Source: Verrucomicrobiota bacterium
GTDB lineage: Bacteria > Pseudomonadota > Gammaproteobacteria > Coxiellales > Coxiellaceae
NCBI GenBank assembly: GCA_013287435.1
Contig: JABDDU010000003.1
Location: forward strand, 21,685 to 85,684
Direction of reading: 5' to 3'
Length of the DNA stretch: 64,000 nucleotides
Numbering within the stretch: position 1 is the stretch's first letter; each line of letters begins with the position of its first letter. Made by a program: the position numbers and the translations under genes. Below, one piece after another: positions 1 through 10,565 of this stretch. The notes beneath the pieces were generated by a model. It saw only the letters and a list, made by a program, of their open reading frames with translations, searched no databases and was not told where the DNA came from.

Positions 1-931
1 AACCATACCGTTTAAAAAAATAATGGATTGTCGCTACGGTGAAAATCCGCATCAATCAGCCGCCGCTTATCGAAATTTATTGGAAAACACACCGAGCATT
101 TTAGATGCGACCTTATTGCAAGGAAAACCATTGTCGTATAACAATTTAAATGATGCATCGGCTGCTTTAAATACCCTGATTGTCTATCAAAAACCGACGT
201 GCGTGATTGTTAAACATGCAAATCCGTGTGGCGTTGCTCTTGCAGAAAATATTGATCATGCATTTGAAAAAGCCTGGAATGCCGATTCACAATCCGCTTT
301 TGGTGGCATTGTTGCATTAAATAAACCCTGTACAAAAAAAATTGCTGAATTTTTAATAAGTGTTTTTATTGAAGTGATTATTGCGCCAGCATTTTCAGAA
401 GCGGCACTCACCCTATTTTCAAAAAAGCCTAATATTCGCGTATTATTACAACAACCGTGGCCGACAGAATGTCCAACCCATGCACCCAAATGGATTTCAG
501 GTGGTTTGTTGTGGCAGACAGTCGATGACAGTGTTTGTGATCAGAGAAATTTTCACACGGTGACTCAGGCAAAACCATCAGAATCGCATATTGCAGCAAT
601 GCAATTTGCATGGCCTGTGTTAAAACAATTAAAATCCAATGCGATTTTAATTTCAGCATCCGATGTCACGCTGGGTATGGGCATGGGACAAGTATCACGA
701 GTTGATGCTGTTGAATGTGCGATTAAAAAAGCGGGAAAGCAGCTTGAAAACGCGATATTGGCTTCTGATGCTTTTTTTCCATTTACCGATAATATCGAAT
801 TAATCGCAAAAACATCGATAAAAGCGATTGTGCAGCCGGGCGGATCTATTAAAGATGAGGCAGTGATTGCGGCTTGCGACAAGTATGGGATTGCAATGGT
901 ATTCACCGGGCAGCGTTGTTTTAATCATTAA
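1..931 (+). CDS. purH: PurH (AICAR transformylase/IMP cyclohydrolase), C-terminal part; the 5' end lies outside the window
   Basis: The frame is open from the window edge through ORF 23..931. PurH motifs [23 protein letters not shown] and QPGGS are present, and purE-purK follow. Confidence 0.9.
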   Translation, partial: TIPFKKIMDCRYGENPHQSAAAYRNLLENTPSILDATLLQGKPLSYNNLNDASAALNTLIVYQKPTCVIVKHANPCGVALAENIDHAFEKAWNADSQSAFGGIVALNKPCTKKIAEFLISVFIEVIIAPAFSEAALTLFSKKPNIRVLLQQPWPTECPTHAPKWISGGLLWQTVDDSVCDQRNFHTVTQAKPSESHIAAMQFAWPVLKQLKSNAILISASDVTLGMGMGQVSRVDAVECAIKKAGKQLENAILASDAFFPFTDNIELIAKTSIKAIVQPGGSIKDEAVIAACDKYGIAMVFTGQRCFNH

Positions 932-969
932 AGAAGTGCTTGCGCATTTTAGATTTTGAGAGAATAAAC

Positions 970-1449
970 ATGATCGGAATAGTAATGGGTTCTCGTTCAG
1001 ATTGGTCCACCATGCAAAACGCTGCAGCGATGTTAGATGCATTAAAAATTCCCTATAAAGTACAAATCGTTTCAGCACATCGCACCCCCGATCTTTTATT
1101 TCAATACGCTGAAAATGCTGAAAAAATAGGCTTAAAAGCCATTATTGCCGGTGCCGGCGGTGCTGCGCATTTACCCGGCATGCTGGCTGCTAAAACAGCT
1201 ATTCCTATTTTAGGCGTGCCGATTTTATCAAAAACATTAAAAGGCATTGATTCATTATTATCGATTGCGCAAATGCCCAAAGGTATTCCTGTGGCAACCT
1301 TTGCGATTGGTGAAGCGGGTGCCATGAACGCCGCGTTATTTGCAGCGGCGATTTTGAGCTTGGAAAATAAAAAAATAGCCGAGCGTTTAAAAAAATTTCG
1401 TTTAAAGCAAACCCAATCGGTATTAAAAAAGTGGGATCCACGCAAATGA
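970..1449 (+). CDS. purE: N5-carboxyaminoimidazole ribonucleotide mutase PurE
   Basis: [19 protein letters not shown] and [12 protein letters not shown] motifs are present. I prefer the ATG at 970 to the upstream ORF start at 940. Confidence 0.9.
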   Translation: MIGIVMGSRSDWSTMQNAAAMLDALKIPYKVQIVSAHRTPDLLFQYAENAEKIGLKAIIAGAGGAAHLPGMLAAKTAIPILGVPILSKTLKGIDSLLSIAQMPKGIPVATFAIGEAGAMNAALFAAAILSLENKKIAERLKKFRLKQTQSVLKKWDPRK

Positions 1450-2468
1450 AAACAGTTGGCATTATCGGCGGTGGCCAATTAGCACAATTGCTATCGGTAA
1501 GCGCTTATCAATTAGGCCTTAAAACGGTGTGTTTTGTTGAAGAAGAAGATTGTCCCGCAAAACGATGTAGCCCGCTTTTTCTTGGAAAATTATCTGACAA
1601 TGATGCGTTAGAAAAATTTTCCACTCAAGTGGATGTCATTACGGTTGAAAATGAAAATGTGGATATTGACACTTTAAAAAAATGTGAAAAAATAAAACCT
1701 GTTTTTCCTCATCCTGACATCATTCAAATCGCACAAGATCGTTTATTTGAAAAAAATTATTTTCAGAAATTGCTCATTCCAACGACACCTTTCTTTCCGG
1801 TTCATTGCGCCGCTGATTTAAAAAAAGAAAATGGTTTTTTAAAAACACGTCGATTGGGTTATGATGGTAAAGGACAAATTCATATAACACCGGACTCCAA
1901 TTTAACAGACGCGTGGAATTTACTGAATAAACCCGCTATTTTTGAGCATTTTATTGATTTTGAAACCGAAGTCTCACAATTGGTTGCGCGCAATAGTGAT
2001 GGCGATATCCAATTTTTTCCATTGATTGAAAATAAACATCAAGAAGGTATTTTGCGTACATCACATTTTGCCCATTTTCCTGCGCTAGAAAAAAAAGCGC
2101 AAGACTATGCGCGAACTTTGGTTGAGTCATTAAATTATATCGGCGTTTTAGCCATCGAATTTTTTGTGCAGAAAAATGAATTAATCATGAATGAAATAGC
2201 GCCACGTGTGCACAATTCAGGGCATTTAACGATTGAAGGGTGCAATGTGAGTCAGTTCGATCAGCATTTACGCGCTATTTTAAATCTTTCTCTCATAAAA
2301 CCCGCGATCATTCAATCAGTCGAAATGATCAATATCATCGGAGAATGGCCTGAAAATCTCGATCAATTTCACCATATTTATGATTATGGAAAAGCCGCTA
2401 GAAAAAATAGAAAACTGGGTCACGCTATTTGTTGCTACAAGGTAAAATCTGAATGGAACGGCGCTTAG
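1446..2468 (+). CDS. purK: N5-carboxyaminoimidazole ribonucleotide synthase PurK (ATP-grasp)
   Basis: N-terminus is [14 protein letters not shown], with ATP-grasp-type sequence and APRVHNSGH. The ATG at 1446 overlaps the purE stop (ATGA). Confidence 0.85.
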   Translation: MKTVGIIGGGQLAQLLSVSAYQLGLKTVCFVEEEDCPAKRCSPLFLGKLSDNDALEKFSTQVDVITVENENVDIDTLKKCEKIKPVFPHPDIIQIAQDRLFEKNYFQKLLIPTTPFFPVHCAADLKKENGFLKTRRLGYDGKGQIHITPDSNLTDAWNLLNKPAIFEHFIDFETEVSQLVARNSDGDIQFFPLIENKHQEGILRTSHFAHFPALEKKAQDYARTLVESLNYIGVLAIEFFVQKNELIMNEIAPRVHNSGHLTIEGCNVSQFDQHLRAILNLSLIKPAIIQSVEMINIIGEWPENLDQFHHIYDYGKAARKNRKLGHAICCYKVKSEWNGA

Positions 2469-2503
2469 GAAAAATTGCGTATCTCAAATTCTTTGTACGA
2501 CAA

Positions 2504-4325
2504 TTTTCTCGACTTCGGATCGAAAATTTTCACAAAATCAAAAAAATGGCTCAACCACAGTACTTCCCGAGTTTTTTTATATTTTTTTTGTCGTGCCTCG
2601 ACGTGTTGTAATTTGATTTGTTGTGTGATAAGATTTGTCCCTTAAATGAAGAGACTCATATGTTTATCAGAAAAAAGAAAAATGCCGGCGGAACAACATC
2701 GGTTATGTTGTTAACAAGCGATCGCAGACCTGGAAAAAAATATTCCAACTTGCGCATGATTAAAAATTTTGGCGCATCGAGTAATGCGAATGAGCTTACA
2801 CTGCTTATTCAAAAAGCAGAGGAATACAAATCACACTTAATAGCAGTCTCTCCAAAGGCAGTTACATTAAAAATTACGTCTGCCCGTGATATTAAATCCT
2901 GCGCTTCATTTAACGTTGGATTTTTAGATGCTTATGGAAAATTATTTGATGATGTTTTTTCAGATATAAATTTAAAATCACACGAATTAAAAAAATTACA
3001 TGATTTAATTGTGATGCGGATTGCAGCGCCAGCAAGTAAAAGAAAAACGGCGATGATATCCGCTGAATATGGCATAGAATGCAGTGTTGATTCTATTTAC
3101 AAATTAATGGATCGGTTAACCGATAATACAATCATTCAAGTTAAAAAAATCATTCATAGTCATACAACAGAATTATTAAAAGCGCGGAAAGAAACAGTTG
3201 ATGTGATGTTTTATGATTTAACTACGGTCTATTTTGAAACAAACTCACAAGATACACTTCGCGATTTTGGATTTTCTAAAGATGGAAAATGTCAGCATGT
3301 GCAAATAATGCTGGCGGTGATAGTAACAAAACACGGATTACCAATCGATTATGAAGAATTTCCAGGTAATTGCTATGAGGGCCACACCTTAATTCCAGTG
3401 ATTGATAAAATTAAAGCGCGCTATCAAATTGATCAAGTTGTGCTCGTTGCTGATGCAGCGCTCATGAACAAAATTAATTTATCAACGCTCACAGAAAAAA
3501 AGATTAATTATGTAATTGCGGCACGTATTAAAAACACTAAAAAAGAAATTCAAGGGAATATTTTAGATCAAAGTGATTATAAAAAAATATCGAGCGATAA
3601 GGATGATTTAATTCAGGCAAAAACAATTAATCTTCCAATGGGTGGCACACTGGTTGCATTTCACAGCAGTAAACGTGCTAGAAAAGATGAGCGCGATAGA
3701 CAAAAAGATATTGAACGAATCGAAAAATATATTAATAGCACCGCTAAAAGTCAGCTCACGAGTCGTCTTAAAAAATCGTATGTCACCGTTAGTAAATCAA
3801 GCAAAATTGAAATTGATTTAGATAAATTAAATAATGAAAAAAGATTCGATGGATTTTTTGGCATACAAACTAATTTAGAGAAAGTAAATCCAAAAGAGTT
3901 GCTATCAACGTATCGCGGATTGTGGCAAGTGGAACAAACATTCCGCATTGCTAAATCAAATCTCGAAATTAGACCTGTGTTTCATTACAGCACCAGCAGA
4001 ATCAGAGCGCATTTTTTAATTTGTTATATGAGTCTTGCATTAATCCGTTATGTTGAATTTGCATTACTCATAAATAATTTGCATTACCCGATTGATCAAT
4101 TGCATTTATTACTCGATCAGATGCGCGTCACTAAAGTGCGCCACGCCGACAATAACATATACACATTGCTTGAGGATCCGCCGCCAGAGTTAGCGCCCAT
4201 TTATCAGGCATTAAATATAAAATGGCATAAAAAATTTAGCCATCAAGCGGATTTGTAGTGCCTCAAAAATTACAACCACATGTAATTTAAAGAGTTTTTA
4301 AAATACCAATCCGAAGTCGAGAAAA
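2504..4325 (+). mobile_element. Insertion sequence of the IS4/IS1634-like group, ~1.8 kb, with a single transposase ORF
   Basis: Perfect 17-bp terminal inverted repeats TTTTCTCGACTTCGGAT lie at 2504-2520 and, as reverse complement, at 4309-4325. They bracket one DDE transposase ORF. Confidence 0.8.
2660..4258 (+). CDS. DDE transposase (IS4/IS1634-type)
   Basis: A 532-546 aa ORF lies inside the inverted repeats. The C-terminal signature YRGLWQVEQTFRIAKSNLEIRPVFH is typical of IS4-family transposases. I prefer the ATG at 2660 (MFIRKKKN). Confidence 0.85.
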   Translation: MFIRKKKNAGGTTSVMLLTSDRRPGKKYSNLRMIKNFGASSNANELTLLIQKAEEYKSHLIAVSPKAVTLKITSARDIKSCASFNVGFLDAYGKLFDDVFSDINLKSHELKKLHDLIVMRIAAPASKRKTAMISAEYGIECSVDSIYKLMDRLTDNTIIQVKKIIHSHTTELLKARKETVDVMFYDLTTVYFETNSQDTLRDFGFSKDGKCQHVQIMLAVIVTKHGLPIDYEEFPGNCYEGHTLIPVIDKIKARYQIDQVVLVADAALMNKINLSTLTEKKINYVIAARIKNTKKEIQGNILDQSDYKKISSDKDDLIQAKTINLPMGGTLVAFHSSKRARKDERDRQKDIERIEKYINSTAKSQLTSRLKKSYVTVSKSSKIEIDLDKLNNEKRFDGFFGIQTNLEKVNPKELLSTYRGLWQVEQTFRIAKSNLEIRPVFHYSTSRIRAHFLICYMSLALIRYVEFALLINNLHYPIDQLHLLLDQMRVTKVRHADNNIYTLLEDPPPELAPIYQALNIKWHKKFSHQADL

Positions 4326-4374
4326 ACCATCCATCGCCATTGCGCGATCAACTAGAGTATCAAATACAGCCTTA

Positions 4375-4917
4375 TCAATCATCATTGATTTCCTCAGACT
4401 GAATTAAATTGAGATTGCGGCCAACGCGTTTTAAATCACGCAATGCGATTTCTTTTGTTGCAACTCGCAGCGGTTTATTTTTTATAAGATAGGTGCTTTT
4501 TAAAATGTCTGTTGTTGATCTTTTGGTATGTGTCATTTCAATCACGCCATAACAAGTTTTGTAAACTCCTTCGCGACCCGTTGTCATTACTGTTAAGCGA
4601 TCAATAGGAATTTGCGAGATCACACCATATTCCGACAACATGGATTCTAAGCTAATATAATTGTATTCACCAAGACGCAACGCCTTGGCAATATACCTAA
4701 TCACATCAGAATCAAAACAAGTAGCTTGTGGATTAACATAAACACCGCGACAGGCCCGCTGCAACACATTCGTCTTAACTAAGCGGTGCAATCCTTCTGA
4801 GAACGTTTTTGCATTATCTTCTGGAAAAAATTTTGCAAGTTCGTGTTTTGTAAAGACGAAACGACCTTCTTTATCCCATTTTCGTAAAACTTGCATAGCT
4901 TGATTTTGGTTCATCAC
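4375..4917 (-). CDS. AbiEi-like (type IV TA antitoxin / COG5340-type) transcriptional regulator, with no partner gene
   Basis: The N-terminus is wHTH-like. The central segment GEYNYISLESMLSEYGVISQIP resembles the AbiEi antitoxin family. No AbiEii-like ORF follows, because the IS end lies 49 nt downstream. Confidence 0.5.
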   Translation of the reverse strand: MMNQNQAMQVLRKWDKEGRFVFTKHELAKFFPEDNAKTFSEGLHRLVKTNVLQRACRGVYVNPQATCFDSDVIRYIAKALRLGEYNYISLESMLSEYGVISQIPIDRLTVMTTGREGVYKTCYGVIEMTHTKRSTTDILKSTYLIKNKPLRVATKEIALRDLKRVGRNLNLIQSEEINDD

Positions 4918-5020
4918 ACTCTTTTATGTATACAAAAATACTAATAATTAATAGTATATCTGTATATATAAATACTTTCAAGCGGGATTTAATGGGATAA
5001 AAAAGAAAATTGCGCGGTCG

Positions 5021-6826
5021 TTAGCGCTCGCGCTTCCTTTCATTTTCCTTCAAAAACTTTTTACGTAAGCGGATATTTTTGGGTGTCACTTCCACCAATT
5101 CATCATCCGCAATAAAATCCAGCGCTTTTTCAAGCGACATCACCATCGGCGGTGTTAAAATAATATTTTCATCGGAACCGGATGCGCGCATATTTGTTAA
5201 TTGTTTTTCTTTGGTCGCATTGACCACCAAATCATTTTCGCGTGTGTGTAATCCAACAATCATGCCTTCATACACGTCGGTTTGCGGACCCACAAATAAG
5301 GATCCCCGTTCTTGCAAACCATATAATCCAAACGCGCGCGTAATACCCGCACAATTACAAATTAATACACCCCGATGACGCGATTTGATCGCTTTTGCTT
5401 TCACAGGACCGTAATGATCAAAGATGTGATGCATCACGCCCGATCCTGAGGTCAATGTTAAAAATTTCGTTTGAAAACCAATTAATCCGCGCGTGGGCAT
5501 CACGTAATCCAATCGCACACGTCCTTTTCCATCGGGCATCATATGTTTTAAGTCACCTTGACGATCCGCTAAATATTGCATGATCGTGCCCTGATCTTTT
5601 TCTTCAACATCAATAATTAATTGCTCATACGGTTCAGATAAAACGCCATCAATTTCTTTTTGAATCACTTTCGGACGCGATACCGATAACTCATAACCTT
5701 CACGTCGCATATTTTCAATTAAAATCGATAAATGTAATTCTCCGCGACCCGATACAATAAATTCATCGGATGCTGAACTTGTTTCAACACGCAACGCGAC
5801 ATTCGCAATTAATTCACGTTCTAATCGCTCGCCAATTTGTCGGCTCGTGACATATTTGCCTTCTTTTCCGGCAAAAGGTGAATTGTTGACAGAGAATGTC
5901 ATGCTGACAGTTGGTTCATCAACCGTTAATGGCGGTAACGCTTCAACCTGTTCAGGAGCGCAAAACGTATCGGATATGCGAAGATTATCAACACCGGTGA
6001 CAGAAACAATATCACCGGCTGATGCGCTTTGAATTTCACGACGCTCAAAACCAATCGTTTGAAATATTTGTAAAATACGCGCATTACGTGTTTTGCCAGC
6101 AGCATCAATTGCCACAATCGGTGCATTGGTTTTAATCGTTCCCCGTTTAACACGTCCAATGCCAATGGCACCTACATAACTCGAATAATCAATCGCGGAA
6201 ACTTGCATTTGAAATCCGCCAACGAGATCCACTTTCGGAGGGGGTACTTTATCAATGATTGTTTGAAATAATAACGACATGTCAGCGGTTTTTTTATCAG
6301 GATCGTCAGTCGCGTAGCCAAGTAATGCCGATGTATAGACAATGGGAAAATCTAATTGTTCATCCGTTGCATCCAAACTCACAAACAAATCGAATACTTG
6401 ATCGACAACCCAATGGGGTCTTGCGCCATCACGATCAATTTTATTAATCACGACAATCGGTTTTAATCCCCAAGAGAAAGCTTTTTGTGTGACGAATCGC
6501 GTTTGCGGCATCGGGCCATCGACCGCATCCACTAATAACAAAACTGAATCTACCATCGATAAAATACGTTCAACTTCGCCACCGAAATCCGCGTGACCTG
6601 GTGTGTCGACAATATTCACATGATAATCATGCCAGCGAATCGCCGTATTTTTCGCTAAAATCGTAATACCGCGTTCACGCTCCAAATCATTCGAATCCAT
6701 CATGCGTTCAGAAATTTGTGCGCGTTCACCTAAGGTGCCTGATTGTTGTAATAATTTATCGACAAGCGTTGTTTTGCCGTGATCGACATGCGCGATAATT
6801 GCGACGTTTCTAATGTGACTAACCAT
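5021..6826 (-). CDS. typA: Translational GTPase TypA/BipA
   Basis: [19 protein letters not shown] and [15 protein letters not shown]-motifs are present. The 601-aa length is typical of BipA. Confidence 0.95.
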   Translation of the reverse strand: MVSHIRNVAIIAHVDHGKTTLVDKLLQQSGTLGERAQISERMMDSNDLERERGITILAKNTAIRWHDYHVNIVDTPGHADFGGEVERILSMVDSVLLLVDAVDGPMPQTRFVTQKAFSWGLKPIVVINKIDRDGARPHWVVDQVFDLFVSLDATDEQLDFPIVYTSALLGYATDDPDKKTADMSLLFQTIIDKVPPPKVDLVGGFQMQVSAIDYSSYVGAIGIGRVKRGTIKTNAPIVAIDAAGKTRNARILQIFQTIGFERREIQSASAGDIVSVTGVDNLRISDTFCAPEQVEALPPLTVDEPTVSMTFSVNNSPFAGKEGKYVTSRQIGERLERELIANVALRVETSSASDEFIVSGRGELHLSILIENMRREGYELSVSRPKVIQKEIDGVLSEPYEQLIIDVEEKDQGTIMQYLADRQGDLKHMMPDGKGRVRLDYVMPTRGLIGFQTKFLTLTSGSGVMHHIFDHYGPVKAKAIKSRHRGVLICNCAGITRAFGLYGLQERGSLFVGPQTDVYEGMIVGLHTRENDLVVNATKEKQLTNMRASGSDENIILTPPMVMSLEKALDFIADDELVEVTPKNIRLRKKFLKENERKRER

Positions 6827-6828
6827 TT

Positions 6829-7485
6829 TTAATAACCATAAATTATGCCAACACGCAGCGAAAAGGCGATTGCGCTAGGCCCAAAAACCATTGCCAAAAT
6901 CAGTAACGCACCGAGCAAATCCAGTTGAAATAATACAGGAAATCCCTGTTCAGCGGCAGTAACGACTGTTGACCCAAAAATTAAAATGGAAATATACAGG
7001 GGAAGCAAGACAATTGCCAATAATAAACCGCCTCGACGCAAACCAACGCATAAACTTGCCACAATCGCACCCTGCATGACAATAATCGGTGTTCCTAATA
7101 ATAAACTCATCATTAATATCTCGACGGCAAAAAAGGACAAATGGTACATCAACGCTAAAACTGGCGCTAATAAAATCATCGGCAAGATATAAAAAACCCA
7201 GTATATCAGCATTTTTACAGAAATAAGCGTCGATAACGATGACGGCGCAATCAACCACTGATCCAATAAACCATCCTCATAATCATCTTGAAATAACTGC
7301 GGCAACGATAATAAATTTGCCAACACAATTGCAATCCAAATAATGCCGGCACCCATGGTTTGCAATAAATGATTATTCGGCGAAATAGATAATGGAAACA
7401 GTAGACACACTAAAATAAAAAATAATAGTGGAATGAGGTAGGTCAATGGATTTCGAATAAAAAATATAAATTCGCGTTTGAACAT
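6829..7485 (-). CDS. ccmB: Heme exporter membrane protein CcmB
   Basis: 218-aa polytopic membrane protein directly downstream of ccmA. The N-terminus FIRNPLTYL and overall pattern match CcmB. Confidence 0.85.
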   Translation of the reverse strand: MFKREFIFFIRNPLTYLIPLLFFILVCLLFPLSISPNNHLLQTMGAGIIWIAIVLANLLSLPQLFQDDYEDGLLDQWLIAPSSLSTLISVKMLIYWVFYILPMILLAPVLALMYHLSFFAVEILMMSLLLGTPIIVMQGAIVASLCVGLRRGGLLLAIVLLPLYISILIFGSTVVTAAEQGFPVLFQLDLLGALLILAMVFGPSAIAFSLRVGIIYGY

Positions 7486-7605
7486 GGTGAGTTATCCGGT
7501 ATCTGTTATCAGTTATCGGTGATCTGTTATCAGTGCTCTGTTATCTGTAAAATTTTAAATCGTGCCTCTGACACTGATAACTCACACTGATAACTGATAA
7601 CTGAT
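7486..7605. repeat. ~120-bp palindromic element built from GTTATCAG / CTGATAAC and CACACT units, lying between ccmA and ccmB
   Basis: The left arm GTGAGTTATCCGGTATCTGTTATCAGTTATCGGTGATCTGTTATCAGTG is inverted relative to the right arm CCTCTGACACTGATAACTCACACTGATAACTGATAACTGA. Related arms occur at 13491-13526 and 51249-51318. Confidence 0.7.
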
Positions 7606-8138
7606 TTATGCGAAGCTATCAAAACCATTCCATCATTTTTTAAATGTTCTTGTATCACTCTTTCCAATTGCGTCACACCTTCTGCATCCAAATTCGAAAA
7701 CGGCTCATCCAAAATCCATATTTTTTTATCAGATAATTGTAATCGCGCCAATGCAACACGTTGCTTTTGTCCTTGCGATAACAGACCGCATAAGGTATTC
7801 AGATAATTTTCTAATGACCACTGTTGTAAAATAGTTTTGATTTTTTCATCCGGAAAAGCGAGATTTTCTTTCACCGTTAATTCAGACTTAATTGCCAATT
7901 GATGGCCTAAATAAAACAAATAATGATAATAATCAGATTGCGCAATCAGTTGATCATTCCAAAAAATATGACCCGATTCAGGTTGTAATAAGCCCGCTGC
8001 AATACGCAATAAACTGGATTTTCCAGCGCCATTATTGCCAACGACTTGTAATACTTCGCCGGGCGCAACCGAAAAGTGGATATTATTAAATAATGCGCGT
8101 GAGTTTCGTACGCAAGAGATATTTTTGGCTGATAGCAT
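7530..8138 (-). CDS. ccmA: Heme ABC exporter ATP-binding protein CcmA; the C-terminal ~25 codons are encoded by the palindromic element
   Basis: Walker A GNNGAGKSSLLR, signature LSQGQKQRVALAR and Walker B IWILDEP are present. The tail KSVISYQCELSVSEARFKILQITEH is read from repeat DNA. Confidence 0.85.
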   Translation of the reverse strand: MLSAKNISCVRNSRALFNNIHFSVAPGEVLQVVGNNGAGKSSLLRIAAGLLQPESGHIFWNDQLIAQSDYYHYLFYLGHQLAIKSELTVKENLAFPDEKIKTILQQWSLENYLNTLCGLLSQGQKQRVALARLQLSDKKIWILDEPFSNLDAEGVTQLERVIQEHLKNDGMVLIASHKSVISYQCELSVSEARFKILQITEH

Positions 8139-8141
8139 GAC

Positions 8142-9212
8142 TCATTCCTTGAGTGACAACTTTTCCTGAAACTTAAACGTCGCAATAAAATATACCACAA
8201 GCAACATCACAAAAATCAACAATTGATACGGTTCAGAAATTTTTTGATGCGCTAACAATATTCCTATCAAACCCAATGATAATGAAAAAGTAAATAATAG
8301 CAAAGTAACTATCGAACGCTGAAAACCCATGATCAACAACAAATGATGCAAATGATCTCGCCCACCTTGCAGCGGAGATTTTCCTTGACGCACTCGAACA
8401 AAAACAACGGCAATCAAATCAAATAATGGATACGCCAACACCCACAACACCGTCAGCGGATTAAAGCCAACATTAATGGGGCCTTGCGAAAAGATGGTTT
8501 GAGATAAACTAATCGCAAACCAAGCAATTACAAATCCAATAAACGTACTCCCTGCATCACCCATAAAAATACTGGCGCGTTTTCTCCAGGGTAGCGGCAA
8601 ATTAAATGCTAAAAAAGGGCAAAGCACCGTGGCAAACAACAATATTAAATAAGCGTCAAAATTTTGTTGGATGTGAAAATTCAAATAGGCTAGAAATACC
8701 GCTTGACCTAACACAATTAATCCCGCCAACCCATCGTGTCCATCGATCATGTTAATCGCATTAATAAATCCCATGACAAAAAATAAAGTAAGTACCCAAG
8801 ACCAAATACCTAAATTTACATTGCCTAAAAAAAATAAATTTCCTAAGTGATCAAAAGAAAGATGACCCCAATGAATTAAAATCAGGCCCGCTAAAGCTTG
8901 ACCGATTAAACGAATGCGCGGCGTTAATTCTTTAAAATCATCCAATACGCCAAGTAAAACTAAAATAATACTGCCCGCTAACAAACCACGGTAATTATGC
9001 AGTGAAATATTAAAACACAATAATGAAAATAAAAAACCGATAAAAATAGCGATGCCACCAATCAACGGCACAGCATGCGCATGCATTTTTCTTCCACCAG
9101 GTGTATCGACTAAGCCAATATGCAAAGCCATTGGCTTTAATAAATAAATACAGGAGAGTGTGATAAAAACACCCGCGGATGCACTGTAGAAAAATGAAAG
9201 CAATAAGGTCAT
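8142..9212 (-). CDS. Glycosyltransferase family 4 (WecA/MraY-like polyprenyl-phosphate sugar-1-phosphate transferase)
   Basis: 356-aa polytopic membrane protein with the DDFKELTPR, NAINMIDGHDGLAG and MGDAGSTFIGF motifs of the MraY/WecA family. Confidence 0.8.
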   Translation of the reverse strand: MTLLLSFFYSASAGVFITLSCIYLLKPMALHIGLVDTPGGRKMHAHAVPLIGGIAIFIGFLFSLLCFNISLHNYRGLLAGSIILVLLGVLDDFKELTPRIRLIGQALAGLILIHWGHLSFDHLGNLFFLGNVNLGIWSWVLTLFFVMGFINAINMIDGHDGLAGLIVLGQAVFLAYLNFHIQQNFDAYLILLFATVLCPFLAFNLPLPWRKRASIFMGDAGSTFIGFVIAWFAISLSQTIFSQGPINVGFNPLTVLWVLAYPLFDLIAVVFVRVRQGKSPLQGGRDHLHHLLLIMGFQRSIVTLLLFTFSLSLGLIGILLAHQKISEPYQLLIFVMLLVVYFIATFKFQEKLSLKE

Positions 9213-9273
9213 ACGTATTTACGCAAAAGTGACAAAGAGGCAAATTTTGTCATACTTATTAAGATTTGTCTGT

Positions 9274-9311
9274 AATGCGAATTGACTTCGCTGAATTTTG
9301 CATTCGCTCGG
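9274..9311. repeat. Degenerate half-copy of the ATGCGAATTAAGAGC-type MITE
   Basis: AATGCGAATTGACTTCGCTGAATTTTGCATTCGCTCGG aligns with the left half of the elements at 39000 and 45631 (AATGCGAATTAAGAGCTGAATTTTTTGCATCCGCTCGG). Confidence 0.45.
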
Positions 9312-9443
9312 TAGAACTTTGATAGAAGTCTGGATGCAATAGCCACAACCGATAAGTTCGCTATCTATTGATTTAGAATGCCAGCAAAATCAAAATGTTA
9401 GGAGATTATTCTGCTGTAATACCATCACACCCAGAAGCCAATA

Positions 9444-9815
9444 TTAACTGATTTTTTTAGGATTGTTAACAACTAAACGCCCGGGGTTATTGGTTTGTAA
9501 GCGAACAACGGACTTCTTGCCAATCCCCCTTACTTTCGCCAACTCATCCACTGTTTTAAAAGATCCATGAGCGGCACGATAAGCCACAATCGCTTCTGCT
9601 TTTTTCGGACCAATGCCTTTCAATGTTGCGAGCTGAACGGCATCGGCTTGATTGATATTGACTGGCTGTGTGTCTTGCGATTTTGAATGCAAATGTGGTC
9701 GTGCATGATGATGTTTTACCATTGCATGGTCCACTACTTTATTTTCTGCATACGAAAAATGTGGCACTAACAAAACCGATAACAAACCCGCTAAAAATAA
9801 CTGTTTCATAAACAC
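9444..9815 (-). CDS. comEA: ComEA-like helix-hairpin-helix DNA-binding protein (secreted)
   Basis: Signal peptide followed by INQADAVQLATLKGIGPKKAEAIVAYRAAHGSFKTVDELAKVRGIGKK, a tandem HhH motif. Confidence 0.8.
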   Translation of the reverse strand: MFMKQLFLAGLLSVLLVPHFSYAENKVVDHAMVKHHHARPHLHSKSQDTQPVNINQADAVQLATLKGIGPKKAEAIVAYRAAHGSFKTVDELAKVRGIGKKSVVRLQTNNPGRLVVNNPKKIS

Positions 9816-9844
9816 TCCTTAAAATTAACAACAAAAAGTGTTAG

Positions 9845-10477
9845 TTATTCTAGCCTCATTTTTGGTTTCGGCAATACCGTGTTTTTTGGCGATAAACAAA
9901 TACTCTCAAACCGCCTAAAATGCCGGAAGTTTTGAGCAGTAAGATAACCGGTTAATTGCATGCTACTCAAAACACCAGGATCAGGTTGTATTGAAAACTG
10001 AATAGAGTGCGCATGCATTAACTGATTCACTTGTTGTAAAGTCAACGCTGTCGTAGCAGATGCAAAATACGGATCATTGGCTGATGACAACTCTATATAT
10101 TTTCCAAACGCAACGGTTCTGGAGAGGTCGAATTTTTCATAGGTTCCATTGTCTATGTCCAGCATCAGATATTTTCCAATCGCAAAATCAACAAAGCCTT
10201 TTGTTTTAACTTCTAAAAAGTAATCGGTGCCTTTATTTTCGAGCGTTGATTGTATCAAATTAAATGCTACATGAGGTCCCTGGCGCGTCTTCGTGAATGC
10301 CGGTTTAGGACCTTGATCTGATCTCACCCAATTATTTCTCATTTTGCATACTTTGATATCAGTATATTCGTTGTATGTAGCATCTTTTGTGATTTTAAAA
10401 CGCGCACAACCTGAAAAAAGAAGCGCAATTGACGTCAAAATAAGAAATCCGAAAAATAATTTGATTTTGTGAGACAT
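9845..10477 (-). CDS. Hypothetical lipoprotein
   Basis: Lipobox LLFSGC follows a hydrophobic N-terminus. I prefer the ATG at 10477 (MSHKIKLFF). No recognisable domain. Confidence 0.55.
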   Translation of the reverse strand: MSHKIKLFFGFLILTSIALLFSGCARFKITKDATYNEYTDIKVCKMRNNWVRSDQGPKPAFTKTRQGPHVAFNLIQSTLENKGTDYFLEVKTKGFVDFAIGKYLMLDIDNGTYEKFDLSRTVAFGKYIELSSANDPYFASATTALTLQQVNQLMHAHSIQFSIQPDPGVLSSMQLTGYLTAQNFRHFRRFESICLSPKNTVLPKPKMRLE

Positions 10478-10565
10478 GGTACTACTCCATTTATACCCAT
10501 ACAATGTATCAGCATAATGGAATTTTTAGGTTATTTCCATCAACGAGATCAGTGATTGTTCTTCG

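Noticed and set aside
7486-7620. Possible CRISPR-like array, suggested by the regularly repeated GTTATCAG units (also at 51249-51318)
   Set aside because: The units are only ~8 bp, irregularly spaced, arranged as inverted arms and lack unique spacers. No cas genes are present. This is a palindromic repeat, not CRISPR.
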